DNA from: the human T2T-CHM13v2.0 reference genome, Homo sapiens
NCBI RefSeq assembly: GCF_009914755.1
Contig: NC_060948.1
Length of the DNA: 64,000 nt
Direction: 5' to 3' (one strand)
Shown piece after piece: positions 1 to 16,733 of the stretch. The position numbers and the translations under genes were made by a program. Every line of letters begins with the position of its first letter. Position 1 is the stretch's first letter. The notes under the pieces are model-generated. The model was not told where the DNA came from. It saw nothing but the letters and a program-made list of their open reading frames with translations, and did no database searches.

Positions 1-335
1 AGTTCTACAAATGATTAAAGCTCAGGTACCGGGGTCTAAAGTAAATACCATTAGGGGGCAATATCCTTGGTCAACCTCCCCCCAGGGGGCCATCTGGCTT
101 AAAGGTTAGTTAATGGAGGTAGGATAAACAGACTTAACTGCGGAAGCTTCTATTTTCCATGGTATTTACTCTATGATCTAATGCTCTAAGGTGAGAACCG
201 GCTGCCTTCGGCCCGTTCAATTATTACAAACTATGTGACCTTTCAGACTTCCAGAAAGGTTTGTGACTATTCCATATAACTTTCCCTAATATTTCCCAGT
301 AATATTTCTGCCACCATCCTCAGTGAAGCCCAACA
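1..335 (-). mobile_element. ERVK LTR, LTR22B-like (HML-5), continues beyond left window edge
   Basis: Ends ...atttctgccaccatcctcagtgaagcccaaca; the reverse complement TGTTGGGCTTCACTGAGGATGGTGGCAGAAATATT matches my recollection of the LTR22B 5' end. Confidence 0.6.
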
Positions 336-619
336 TTAGTAAGATACCCTTTTTAGTATTGTTTGAGCCCATCAATAAAAACAGCAGAGTTTATTTAATA
401 GCATCACTCACAGAAGTAAGTTTTAAAAACCAGTCAGTAGTTAAGGAGTCACATTTTTTATTTTAATATTTTCCAAGGTGGCCTGTGCCCTAGTTTTCAA
501 TTAAAATGAAGCTTTAGTTGAAGCATTCATTATTTATTAGATTTTATTCCTCACTATAAATCACTGTAATAATGGAGAAACAGAGAACAGAAGATTCTCA
601 TTATGGACTTTCACAGGAC

Positions 620-1100
620 ACATTTAAACTCTTTTACCTCTATATTATTTAAAATCTGTTGCCCAAAGTAGTTTTGAAATGCAATCCACCTATTACGGCA
701 ACTACACCAACTGACATTAAATTTGTTCAGTTCCTCCTTAAAGTGGTAAAAGAGAACAATGACTCATCGGGCATTTTTAGAATGTTCATTAGGGGTTTTC
801 CAGCCAGGAAGCACAGATTCCCCATGGCTAGGTATGAGAAGACAGAAAATTGAGCCAATTAATTACCACATAACATAATGATATAATTAATCCTTCAAAT
901 TTGCAACAAGCACTGCAACAGGGGAGAATTCGCCCTTGTTCTACATTTGGTCACTGGGATTCATTGGATACAAATTTAGATTGGACTAGTTATGGGAAAG
1001 CTATAAAAGGAGAAAAGGGAGAATTTTCTTTCCCTTGGTTATGTCAAGTTGTCAGTCAAATGAGCCGAATGTGAGCAATGCTGAAGAAATTATAGGAGAC
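620..1100 (+). pseudogene. Decayed AcademX-like transposase core fragment (copy A)
   Basis: ORF 659-853 PPITATTPTDIKFVQFLL; same frame through stops gives FALVLHLVTGIHWIQI*IGLVMGKL (929-1003); resembles recalled PxIxAxPTDxxTVxxLL and IVLRLGGFHxxMxxLxxIGK. Confidence 0.45.
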
Positions 1101-1107
1101 TCCCTGT

Positions 1108-1308
1108 GCAATTGCTCAACCACAGCTGTATTGGCATTTGGAGCTGGATGGTCCTCGGCTGGGTAGAGGCTATCTTGTGTATGCTAGGATGGTTAGCACA
1201 TCCCTGGCCTTACTCCTTGCATATCAATAGTACCGTTCCCCAGTCTGGGCAACCAAAATGTGTCCAAATGTCTCCTAAGGGGCCAAATAACCCTAATGGA
1301 GAACTAGT
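1108..1308 (-). mobile_element. MER20 (hAT-Charlie MITE)
   Basis: ctcaaccacagctgtattggcatttggagctggat...catccctggcct...caaccaaaatgtgtccaaatgtctcctaaggggccaaata...gagaactagt. Confidence 0.7.
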
Positions 1309-1514
1309 CAATAGAAAGATGGAACATACAGCTTGAAATCTATAGGAGAAGAGACAATGTATACATTCAGGATATTTGTAGGATATACATAGTCTATTAT
1401 TCTATCTATACTGGATACTGTGCAGATCCATTGTCTTCGTAATTAATAAAGTATTTTCTGATGTAGTTAATAAGCAAGTCATTATTTGCTTTTATATTCA
1501 AAGCTCTAGAGTAA

Positions 1515-2056
<542 letters not shown>

Positions 2057-2165
2057 AGAGTAACATCATTCCTAAAGTGAGCCTTACTCAAGACCTAATT
2101 TTCCTTTTCTAATTAGTGGCATATTCCAGAAAAAAAAAAATTGTCAAGAGATTGTCATTTTCTGT

Positions 2166-2167
2166 CT

Positions 2168-2216
<49 letters not shown>

Positions 2217-2300
2217 TGTACATATATATATACATGTATACAATTCACAACATACATACATATATATATACACACGTATACAATTAACGATATGTGTACA
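2166..2300 (+). repeat. (CA)n/(TA)n microsatellite
   Basis: Visible dinucleotide runs. Confidence 0.9.
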
Positions 2301-2406
2301 ATTAGTTTACAATTAACAACAGAACTCTGAGTCAACACACTTGTGGATAATTGACATGATTAGAGAGCAGTTCTACGAATGATTAAAGCTCATAGATATT
2401 TATAAT

Positions 2407-2668
2407 GTCTCATTTTGTCACCTAGGCTGGAGTGCCATGGCATGATGTCGGCTCACTGCAACTTCCTCCCCCCAGCTCAAGCGATACTTCTGCCTCAGCC
2501 TCCCAAATCGCTATGATTACAAGTGCACACCATAACACTTCCCCGCTATTTTTTCTATTTGTATTAGAGACAGGGCCAGTCTGGTCTCAAACTCCTGATC
2601 TCAAGTGATCTGCCCACCTCAGCCTCCCAAATTGCGGAGATTACAGGCATGAGCCACCATGCCCGGCC
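2407..2668 (-). mobile_element. Alu (S/J type), poly-A tail missing
   Basis: gtctcattttgtcacctaggctggagtg...gagccaccatgcccggcc. Confidence 0.9.
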
Positions 2669-2824
2669 TCTACTTCAAATATGTTTATTTTTAACTTATG
2701 TATACAGATGGAATTTTAACATTTAGAGGTAAAATATGGGTGTTTTTGCCACAATGACTAACGTGCGATAAAAGTCTTGTTAACTTCTAAAATGATACCC
2801 TGTATGGATTACACATATTATTAT

Positions 2825-3041
2825 GGAATAATAAACTTTATCCCCACAATATATATGTTGAAGTCCTAACTCCCAATGTGGTTGGATTTGGAGATATGGT
2901 CTTTAAAGAGGTGATTAGGATAAAATGAGATCCCCAGGGTGGGTCCTAATCCCATAGGATGGGACGTGGGATCTTATGAGACTAGGAGATGAGGACATAG
3001 ACACTCACAGATGGACAATCATGTGAGGAAACAGGGCGAAG
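2825..3041 (+). mobile_element. MLT1 (MaLR LTR), truncated at duplication breakpoint
   Basis: tatgttgaagtcctaactcccaatgtg...ggtcctaatcccataggat; paralog at 15170-15531 is complete. Confidence 0.75.
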
Positions 3042-6830
<3,789 letters not shown>

Positions 6831-6937
6831 AAAAATATTGAATGCTTCATGAATTTGCATGTCATCTTTGTGCTGGGATCATACTAATTTTTCCTGTATC
6901 ATTCCAACTTTAGTATATATGCTGCTAAAGCAAGCAC
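6831..6937 (-). pseudogene. U6 snRNA retropseudogene fused to the 5' end of the L1 (U6/L1 chimera)
   Basis: Reverse complement GTGCTTGCTTTAGCAGCATATATACTAAAGTTGGAATGATACAGG...AAATTCATGAAGCATTCAATATTTTT is a full-length U6 with CpG decay, directly abutting L1 ORF2. Confidence 0.95.
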
Positions 6938-7189
6938 TACCTTCCATTTATAAGCAATCGAAATAAGACACAATATTCAGAAACACTGATTTTGTGTATT
7001 TAACAAAAATCATTACAGGACTGATATTCTCCAGGGAGAAACCAACCAAACCAAACAAACATCAAGTAAATCCTACATTGACTCCAGCGTTTTGCCTGGA
7101 GGTGATGAAGGATAATATTAATTCAAAACAGTGATAATTTAAGGGTGGAAAATTGAATCTTTACATCATCCACTAAAAATAGTATTGCT

Positions 7190-7480
7190 GCATACCTAAT
7201 AGCTTCCCAGACTAGTAGCTGCAAACAACACAGCAAACCATCTCACAGTTTCTACAGCTTGAAGAACCTGAACTCAGTTTGACTGGGTTTTCTGCCTCAT
7301 GATTTCTTATAGACTACAGCCAAATTTTAACTCAGGTGTATGATTTCACAGGAAGGCTCATTAATTCTGGGTTCATTTTTTCAGGGCTGTAGCACTCAGG
7401 GCCTCCGTTTCTACCTGATTTTTGACAGGAGGCCACTTTGTTGGCCTCTCCAATATGGTATCTTTCATTTGTTTTATTAA
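7190..7480 (-). mobile_element. Old MaLR (MLT1-like) LTR fragment
   Basis: tattgctgcata...aaacaacac...atctcacagtttct pattern typical of MLT1 ends. Confidence 0.45.
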
Positions 7481-7927
<447 letters not shown>

Positions 7928-8297
7928 ATCTACACCATGTTTTGCTTTCTGAAAAATTCAGTGCTGTTAGAATAATCTTCTCAATAATTGGCAGGATATC
8001 AATTTGAGGGACTCAGGTAGTCCCACCTAGTGCTATGCACAAAAAGAAAAACAAAACAACGGAAACAAAAGCATATGATTCCAAGTATTGATTATGTCAA
8101 TCTAGCTGTGCAACAGAAAATAAAGTTTTTAGAAGGTATTTGTAGGAGTTCTTTTTGGCATTAGAGTAAGTAGGAGTTTTTCAAAGAAGATGCAAATGTG
8201 TTTCATCATAATTTAATCAAGGAATTAGTAAGTGGTACTTACTTAAACTCCAAATATTCTGTTCTGCAAAAGGTGCCATGACAAGAATAGAAGTTTA

Positions 8298-8432
8298 TGC
8301 CCAGCAGAGCATATGCATCTATAATCCCAGCTACTCTGGAGGCTGAGGTGAGAGACATGAGCCCAAGAGTTCGAGACCAGCCTGGGCAACATAATGAGAT
8401 CCTGCCTCAAAATAAATAAATAAATAAATAAA
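8298..8432 (+). mobile_element. Alu monomer (FLAM-like)
   Basis: Single arm ending gagaccagcctgggcaacataatgagatcctgcctc plus (AAAT)n. Confidence 0.8.
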
Positions 8433-8708
8433 CTTTATAGATGTGATGAATATATTCCACAAGGGTTTGTGTTTTCGTCCAAAATATATAATGGATTCCA
8501 AATGAAAATGTGTGAATAATTTACTAGCTTTTTAAAAAAGCATATCTGATTTCCCAATAAACTTAATAAAAATGTCTAGCAACAAGGGAAGGGATATGAA
8601 CCACCATGATATGGCAGTAAATACTCACTTGAACAAAACAAAACAAAACAAAACTGACAAAACAGGTCAGAATGTGTATCTCCTGAACTAGCACATAAAA
8701 CTTTATGC

Positions 8709-9015
8709 TGGCTGGGCACAGTGGCTCATACCTGTAATCACAGCACTTTGGGAGGCTTAGGTGGGAGGATCACTTGAAGCCAGGAATTCCATACCAGCTT
8801 GGACAGCATAGTGAGAACCAGACACTACAAAAACTAAAAAACTAGCTGTGCATGTGGTGAGCACTTGTATTGCCAACGACTTTGGAAGCTGAGTTGGGAG
8901 GATCACTTGAGCCCAGTTGCTCTATACTGCAGCGAGCTATGACCACACCTCTGTACTCCAGCCTAGGTGACAGAGCAAGATCCTGCCTATAAAAGCAAAA
9001 GCAAAACCAAAACCA
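8709..9015 (+). mobile_element. AluJ
   Basis: Dimeric, diverged, ggaggatcacttgagccc. Confidence 0.85.
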
Positions 9016-9029
9016 AAATATCTTAAAGC

Positions 9030-9350
9030 TGAATGAATAAATTCCCTAGCACCTGGAATTTTCACTCCAATATATGTGCCCAAGAAAATATTGTACACAG
9101 TAAACCTACTGGCACACATACAATACATTTCATGATAGCATTTTGTTAATAATCCCTACATGGAAACAATCAAGGTAACAATCAACAAAAGATCCATAAA
9201 GAGATTTGGGGAAAGCTACAGAGCAAGAAGAATGAATGTGCCAGTGCCAAGTGAGACGGAATTATAAATTTGGTGAACATAATGTTGAATAAAACACTTA
9301 GGCAGAGTTGCAAAAGAACATAGTATATATTTCCATCATTCTATGCCTGG
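9030..9350 (+). mobile_element. Old L1M 3' fragment
   Basis: Degraded L1 3'-end pattern (aattccctagcacctggaatt...catggaaacaatc...aacataatgttgaataaaa). Confidence 0.45.
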
Positions 9351-11794
9351 ATTTGCATAGTGCTTTTCCAGCATCCTGATGTGGTGGCAGTTCGCTGAGC
9401 TGTATTCATATGATTTGTGCCCTTCTCTCTCTGCATATTGTAATTGAATAAAGTGAGTGTATTTAAAAACGAAACAAGGCTGCATCAATATTCCCAGGGA
9501 CTTGTCAGGCTGGATGAAACTAGAATTACATGATGATGAAACCATCCAAAGAAATAACTATCTAGTCGGTATTTCTGCTGGAATATCTACTTCAGTCAGA
9601 ACTTGGGACATGTCAGAGAGAAGTTCTTCAGAAATGCCATGATAAAACAACTGTGAATTATTTAGAAAGCAAGCTTACAATTGTAAAACTATACCTTTAC
9701 TTCCATGAAACTCTTCTTTTGACCCCCACCAAGCAAACAAACAGGTTTGTGAGGCATTATACATCATTCCATTTCCTTTCACTTCACAATGATTCAATCT
9801 TTTCTAAAATATTGTGATTTTGTTACCAAAAACAATGGGAAAAAATGATAAGTAACTGTAAAACTCTTTTTGAAATTTTTGCAGATTTCTTTAGAAGAAC
9901 TTACAATGGATCTTCTGAATATATTCTATTCCTCTAAATTTTACTCAAATAAGGAAAACGTTACCATTTTATTTTACAATACCTGTTGAAAGCATTTAGA
10001 ATAAAGTCATATGTTCACCTCTAAATATTTTCATTTATATTCAGAGTTGTCATTTTAAATTACAACTAGAATATTTATCTGTGTTATAATTTAACACAAA
10101 GATTACAAGCATCAAACAGAAACACTTTGAGAAGGATTAATCATTATGAAAGTAATGATGAGAAAAAATATATATATTTTTAGGAAGAGATCATGAGTAG
10201 GCTTATTCTAGTTAAAAACATAGTATAACTTTATGTTTCATGAATTTTTATATACATTTTCATAGCTGTGGAAAGGAACTGAAGTAAAGTATATTCACAC
10301 ACTGCAACGTATTGCTGAAAATAATGTTTTTCTTGTATTAGGGACAGCCATAGTAATTTAGGAATTAAAAATTGTATATGAGAAGGATGAAAGCAAGAAC
10401 ATGAACAACTGTAGGAAAAGCCTGCTGAGCATGAGACAGAAAATTGAATTTAAGCTAAGGAAGAGTAATTTTAATACCATTAAAAGGTAAGCAGGTCTTC
10501 TAGACATTTCTGAGGTGGATACTTCCAAATTGTGAAGAACTGATTAAAGGACACTCTCCAAAGAGGAGGAGAAAACAAATTATTCAAAGTATTTGCAATG
10601 CAAATGCACCTTTTGTTAAATTAAAGCAAGGATTACGTAGTGTTTATTAGATCAAATGAAGAGATAACATGATTATGCAAAATTTATCATGAACACAGGT
10701 CATGAACATAGGTCTAAAGATTGTAAGTTGAAACGGTTGCAGTTTGACTAATCAAATCAACCTTAGACATGCTGTGGCTACAAATGGCAGTGATTCTGAG
10801 CTGTTTGTATAATTTTATCTTTAAAGATTATTTTCAAGAGCCTTTTTCATATTGACAATATAGTAATCCAGGAAGAGGTATGCATTGTATCTGGAAGGGG
10901 TCTGTATCAGTATCAGTGGATACAATTATTAAAATTGATGCAATTGTTATAATTGATCCCACTGTTACAACTGATACAATTTTAACAAAATGTTAAATAG
11001 CAGCCAGAAAAGATTTGCAAAAAAATTACAACAATTGAATCACACTTATTATTTTGATAAGAAACAGCCTTTCAGCCCAAATAAAAGGAGGTTATATAAG
11101 TAACACATGAATCTGACTCTGACCCACAATATCTAAGTGAATTGACAAAGTTTTATTCTGTTACTTGGTAGGTTGTGGTGTTTTTCATGACTTTAAGTGC
11201 CCCATTTCACCCTATTGCTAGGAAACCTTAACTGTATTTTGATTGCCTGCAGGAAAACTAACTGAAAGCTTAGGTATATGAAACATGCAAGATACACATT
11301 TTTCCATAGACTGTACCAGTGAAATTTATTCAGGGAATAAAAGAGCACTTGGATACAAAAATGTACTTTTGGATTTGTTTTTTAAGTAGTTTGGGTTTGG
11401 TGTAGAGCAAACTCTAATGAAATCTATGTATAATGTCAAATTTCAAAATGTTATTATGGATTAACATTTTAGGAAGTGCAGGCTCATGGAGGAAATGATG
11501 TTCAGACAATGGCCATAGGTTCAGAAAAAAGAAAATTAAAGAAGGACCCCTAGAGAAATTACTGAGGCTACAGTAGATAGCAAAGTTTACAGATGGTGAT
11601 GCAGGAGGAGATAAAGCTATTCAATTCTGATTTATGACATCAAATCTTCAAAAAAATTTTGGAGAAAAATTGTGCCTTGAAATGTTTAGTCTCAATAAAA
11701 AATAATTTATTGAGCAAACCAATCTGTGACAGCATTATTTGCCTCAAGAAATATATAGTCTATCTAAGGAAGAGTATAGAACAAATACATACAT

Positions 11795-11912
11795 TTTTTA
11801 AATTTCAGATTTTATGTTGGATGCAGGGGTACATCTACAGGTTTGTTACAAGGGTATATTGTGTGATGCTGGGGTTTGGGGTCTGACTGATCCCATTACC
11901 CATGTAGAGAGT
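11795..11912 (-). mobile_element. Short old L1PA 3'-end fragment
   Basis: ggggtacatctacaggtttgttacaagggtatattgtgtgatgctggggtttgg. Confidence 0.7.
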
Positions 11913-12792
11913 GTGCCTGTATTATGTATACCCAGGTATATATAATATATATATACACAAATATTAAATATTATAAGAAAGATAAATAACACATTACTAA
12001 TATAAAAGATGTATACATTACCAGTAGGCAGAAACTAAATAGGGGGAAAATATTTAGATTAAATATTGAACATGGGTATTAAATTCACAGGCAGAATTGT
12101 GAAAGACTAGTGCAGAGTGATGTCAGTAAGTTAAGCTTGAGGTCAATATTTTTTAAAGAAAAGAACCACATGCAATTTCACTGGTTGCACTCTGTGGATT
12201 CCTAAAAATATTTAAGCAGGAACTGATCTAAGATTAAGTTTACTTACATGGAATTGGAATGAAACTGGCCATATAGGTGATAGGGAATGTATTTCAAAGC
12301 TTGCATGTCAGAATAGAAGTCTGTTCTTCTAAGAGTGTTCACTTTTGATGATATATGGCAAAGGTATGACATTTTATCTGAGAGGAAATGTAGCCTGTGA
12401 AAATTTTAATGGAACTTTTGGCAGTCGAAATTATCCTACTTCCTGCTGGCCCTATGAGTAAGTTAAAAAAAATACCATTAAATCTCAGTTTTGTTTTTTT
12501 TGGTAGGAAATAATCACTCCTACACAGATCATGAATTAGTTGGACACAGCAAACACACAGGTTATTTTTCACTTTACTCATTTGGTTTCTATTAAACACA
12601 ATGTTGTCTCAATTTATTTCAATCCAGAACCAAGAAAAATGGCAAAAAAAAAATACTTATTTTAACTCTAGTAACAAAAGGGACTGAGTTATTCTGTTAA
12701 GTAAGAAGAAATTATTGAAGAGTTTGGACCTCCTCTTCTGTATATGCAATTACAAATCAACAAAGGATTAAACACTTTTTTAGTTATTATGT

Positions 12793-12898
12793 TTTTAGAG
12801 CTGGTGTCTTATTCTGCTGCCCTGGCTGGAGTGCAGTGGTGTGATCTTAGTTCAGCAAAGCCTTGACCTCCTGGGCTCAAGCAATCTTTCTGACTCAA
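12793..12898 (-). mobile_element. Alu fragment
   Basis: ggctggagtgcagtggtgtgatc...ctcctgggctcaagcaatc. Confidence 0.8.
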
Positions 12899-13321
12899 GA
12901 TTTGACACTTTACTATAATATATTTCAATCATAAGTTAATTTGAAATTGATTTCCAATAAAGACAAAATGAAAGATGAGTAATTAGGACATATAGCCCTG
13001 GCCTTAATCCCTGGATATCAATAGTACTGTTCCCCAGTTTGGGCAACTGAAAAGTGTTCAAATATCTCCTAAGCGGCCAAATAATCCCAGTAGGGAACCA
13101 GTCAATGGAAAGATGGAGCATGGAGCTTGAAATCTATAGGAGAAATGACAATGTATACATCCAGGATATTTGTTGGATGTGCATAGTCTATTATTCTGTC
13201 TATACTGCATATTGTGCAGATCCATTTGTAGTAATAATTAATAAAGTATTTTCTGATGTAGTTAGTAAGCAAGTCCTCATTATTTGCTTTTATATATTCA
13301 AAGCTCTAAAGTAACATCACA

Positions 13322-13403
13322 TCTCTCCTTCCTTCTTTCCTTCCCTCCCTCCCTCCTTTCTTTCTCTTTTTCTTTCTTTCTTTCTTCCTCTTTCTTTTCT
13401 TTT

Positions 13404-13454
<51 letters not shown>

Positions 13455-13477
13455 CTTTCTTTCTTTCTTTCTCTGTT

Positions 13478-13521
<44 letters not shown>

Positions 13522-13540
13522 TCCTTTCTTTCTTTCTTTC

Positions 13541-13599
<59 letters not shown>

Positions 13600-13630
13600 A
13601 TTTCTTTCTTTCTTTCTCTCTCTCTCTCTC
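13322..13630 (+). repeat. Long compound (TTTC)n microsatellite
   Basis: Several perfect TTTC runs at about 13400-13600. Confidence 0.95.
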
Positions 13631-13684
13631 CCCCCCTTTCCTCCTCCTCCCTTCCACTACTTACCCCTCGCTTTCCCTTACTTT

Positions 13685-13968
13685 CAAGACATGGTCTTGC
13701 TCTGTCACCCAGGCTGGAGTGCAGTAGTATGATGATAGCTCACTGAAGCCTCAACCTCCTGGGCTCAAGCAATTCACCTGCCTCAGCCTCCCAAGTACTG
13801 GAACTACAGGCATGCACCACCCCACTCACCTAAACTTTGAAAATCCTTTATAGACATTGGTGCTTTCTGTGTTTCCTAGGCAGGTCTTGAACTCTTGGCC
13901 TTAAACCATTCTCTAGCCTCCGCCTCCCAAAGTGCTGGGATTACAGGCGTGAGCCACCACACCTTGCC
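13685..13968 (-). mobile_element. AluJ (paralog of 1773-2056)
   Basis: Shares private features such as tttgaaaatcctt and aaaccattctc. Confidence 0.9.
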
Positions 13969-14079
13969 AAGAGTAACATCATTCCTAAAGTGAGCCTTAC
14001 TCAAGACCCAATTTTCCTTTTCTAATTAGTGGCATATTCCAGAAAAAAAAATGGTCAAGAGATTGCCGTTTTCTGACTT

Positions 14080-14392
14080 CTTATTTATTTATGTATTTAT
14101 TTAGACAGAGTCTCATTTTGTCACCTAGGCTGGAGTACAATGGAGCAATCTTGGCTCACTTCAACTTCTACCTCCACAGCTCCAGCAATTCCTCTGCCTC
14201 AGTCTTTCAAATAGCTGGGATTACAAGCTCACACCATAACGCTCCCCCAGCTTTTTGTTTTTTGTTTTTGGTTTTTTTTTTTGTATTTGTAGTAGAGGGT
14301 CAGGCTGTTCTCAAACTCCTGATCTTGAGTCATCTGCCCACCTCATCCTCCCAAAGTGCTGGGATTACAGACATGAGCCACCACAACTTGCC
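14080..14392 (-). mobile_element. Chimeric Alu (recombinant of the two flanking Alus)
   Basis: Left part matches Alu 14748-15019; right end and following spacer match 13950-14075. Confidence 0.85.
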
Positions 14393-14732
14393 AAGAGTAA
14401 CATCATTTCTAAAGTGAGCCTTACTCAAGACCTAATTTTCCTTTTGTGATTGGTGGCATATTGCAGAGAAAAAAATGGTCAAGAGATTGTCATTTTCTGT
14501 CTCTCTCTCTCTATATATATGTGTGTGTGTATATATAGATACACACACACATATATATACGTGTGTGTATCTATATATACACACACACATAAATATATAC
14601 TATATATACTGTCTAAATATATACATATATTTATATATATATATATACACATATATACACACACATATTTAGACCTATAGACTATATATGTGTGTGTATA
14701 TGTGTATATACGCACACATATACATGTATGTA

Positions 14733-15019
<287 letters not shown>

Positions 15020-15169
15020 CTACTTCAAATATTTCTAAATTATGTATTAAGATGCAATTTTAATATATGGAGGTAAAATATTGATGTTTTTATCACAATG
15101 ACTAATGTGTGAGAAAAGTCTTGTTAATTTCTATACTGGTACCCTATATGGATTACATATATTTTTATG

Positions 15170-15531
15170 GCACACATTTTACACCATTCCCAAAATATAT
15201 ATGTTGAAGTCCTAACTCCCAATGTGACTGGATTTGGAGATGGAATCTTTAAAGAGGTGATTAGGATAAAATGAAGTCCCAAGGGTGAGTCCTAATCCCA
15301 TAGGACAGGACTGGGAATCTTATGAGAATAGGAGATGAGGACACAGACACACACAGAGGGACAACCATGTGAAGGCCTGGGGAGAAGTTGGCATCTACAA
15401 GCCAAAGAGAGAGACCTTAGCAGAAACCAGCCTTGTCTACATCTTGATCTCACACTTACAGCCAGCAGAATATCCTTTGTTTAAACCAGCCAGTCTGTGT
15501 TATTTTGTTATGCCACTCTAGCAAACTAACA
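15170..15531 (+). mobile_element. MLT1 (MaLR LTR)
   Basis: gttgaagtcctaactccc...catctacaagccaaagagagagacc...gcaaactaaca. Confidence 0.8.
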
Positions 15532-16473
15532 TTTGTATGTTTTGCATTACAAAAGCTCTTGGATAAACAATCTTGGCACTTAAGTGTAAAATTTATAATA
15601 AAATGGAATAAAAGTATATTTTTTTTCTGAGATATTGATATATATCTTGTCTACCTTTGAGTTTTATCAAATGGATAAAGCCTAGGAATAAAAAAATGTA
15701 ATTGTTGACATTATGTTAAATTTCAGTTTATCTGAGGTAATTCATGATCCCAGTAGAAACTGCAAATATTTTTTCTTTATTTCTTCACTTGCATAACCAT
15801 AATATTTCTTCAGATTATCACTGCATTTTCTAAAGTTGTTGCCATTTCTTTAATACCTTTTATTAATCATGTTCAGACTTTGTTCCTGTCTTTAGTTAGC
15901 TGTTTTTAAATCTAGCTGACACAATGCCAGACACTCCTATTTCAACACTGTAATAGAAAAATACTTCAGCTAAATATTAAAATAAAACCTCCATTGACTT
16001 AAGCTCTTTTTGTGTTTATGATTTCTGCCCATGAATGATTTAGAAAACAAATGTCTATATGTGTTACGGATTTAATTTTTACATATCACCTCTTTGCCAC
16101 AGTAAGTCAATAGGGAGTTCTTTTCATGTAAATTAGTGCCAATTTAGACTTCTCAAGATGAGAACCACTACATTTCAGGAAAAAATAGGAAATTTAGAAG
16201 AGAGTTAACATACTGTTTATTATACAATATTTATTTTATAAGCAAAATTAAAAATCATTTTCCAAAATATCGATGTAGTGTTATATATATCATAAAGTAC
16301 ATAAAAGAACACATTATCAGAACTGTGACATAGAAGGGAAACTGTAGTTTATAAGTCATAATACTAGAAACTTTCTGTTTTGGAAACAGGATGTAAGAGA
16401 CGAAACTAGTAGTTATAAAAATGAAATGCCTTGTGAATACTTATAGAAGTTTCCAGTCAGGAATATTTTATAT

Positions 16474-16650
16474 TGACTGGGCATGGTAGCTTACACCTCT
16501 AATCCCGATACATTAGGAGGTTAAGGAAGGGGGATTACTTGAGGCCAAGAGTTTGAGGGTGCAGTGAGCTAGGATCACGTCACTGTACTCCAGCTGGGAT
16601 GACAGCATGTGGCCCTGATTCTAAAAATCAAGCAAACAAACAAACAAACA
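16474..16650 (+). mobile_element. Alu monomer (FAM/FRAM-like)
   Basis: Single arm with gcagtgagctaggatcacgtcactgtactccagc. Confidence 0.75.
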
Positions 16651-16733
16651 GAAAAGACTATCTTATACTCATTAAACAGATGAAATTATACTAAAGTTAA
16701 TATAATTGATCAAGATGTGTAATCTATTATTTC

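Larger units (their letters stand above)
7950..12990 (+). pseudogene. Decayed AcademX-like transposase/XPG-nuclease relic (copy B), interrupted by Alus and L1 fragments
   Basis: Colinear motifs: YIH...VLGTAIVI*ELKIVYE (10290-10382), IEFKLRKSNFN (10443), GSDSELFV*FY...FSRA (10786-10842), VEQTLMKSM (11402-11428), YPTS/PMSKLKK (12432-12471), SLLHRS*ISW (12514-12543), VTKGTE...RR (12671-12709). Confidence 0.45.

Noticed and set aside
6831-6937. Functional U6 gene
   Set aside because: Many substitutions, no recognisable upstream PSE/TATA arrangement, and fused to L1.
10342-10486. Exon-like segment (ttttcttgtattag ... AAG/gtaagc)
   Set aside because: No partner exons or transcript evidence; such sites arise by chance in AT-rich DNA.
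9400-12990. Non-retroviral endogenous viral element explanation for the decayed coding-like DNA
   Set aside because: I could not recognise polymerase or nucleoprotein motifs; the motif order fits an Academ-type transposase better.
13322-13630. Identification as a named forensic STR
   Set aside because: I could not match the flanks to any marker I know with confidence.
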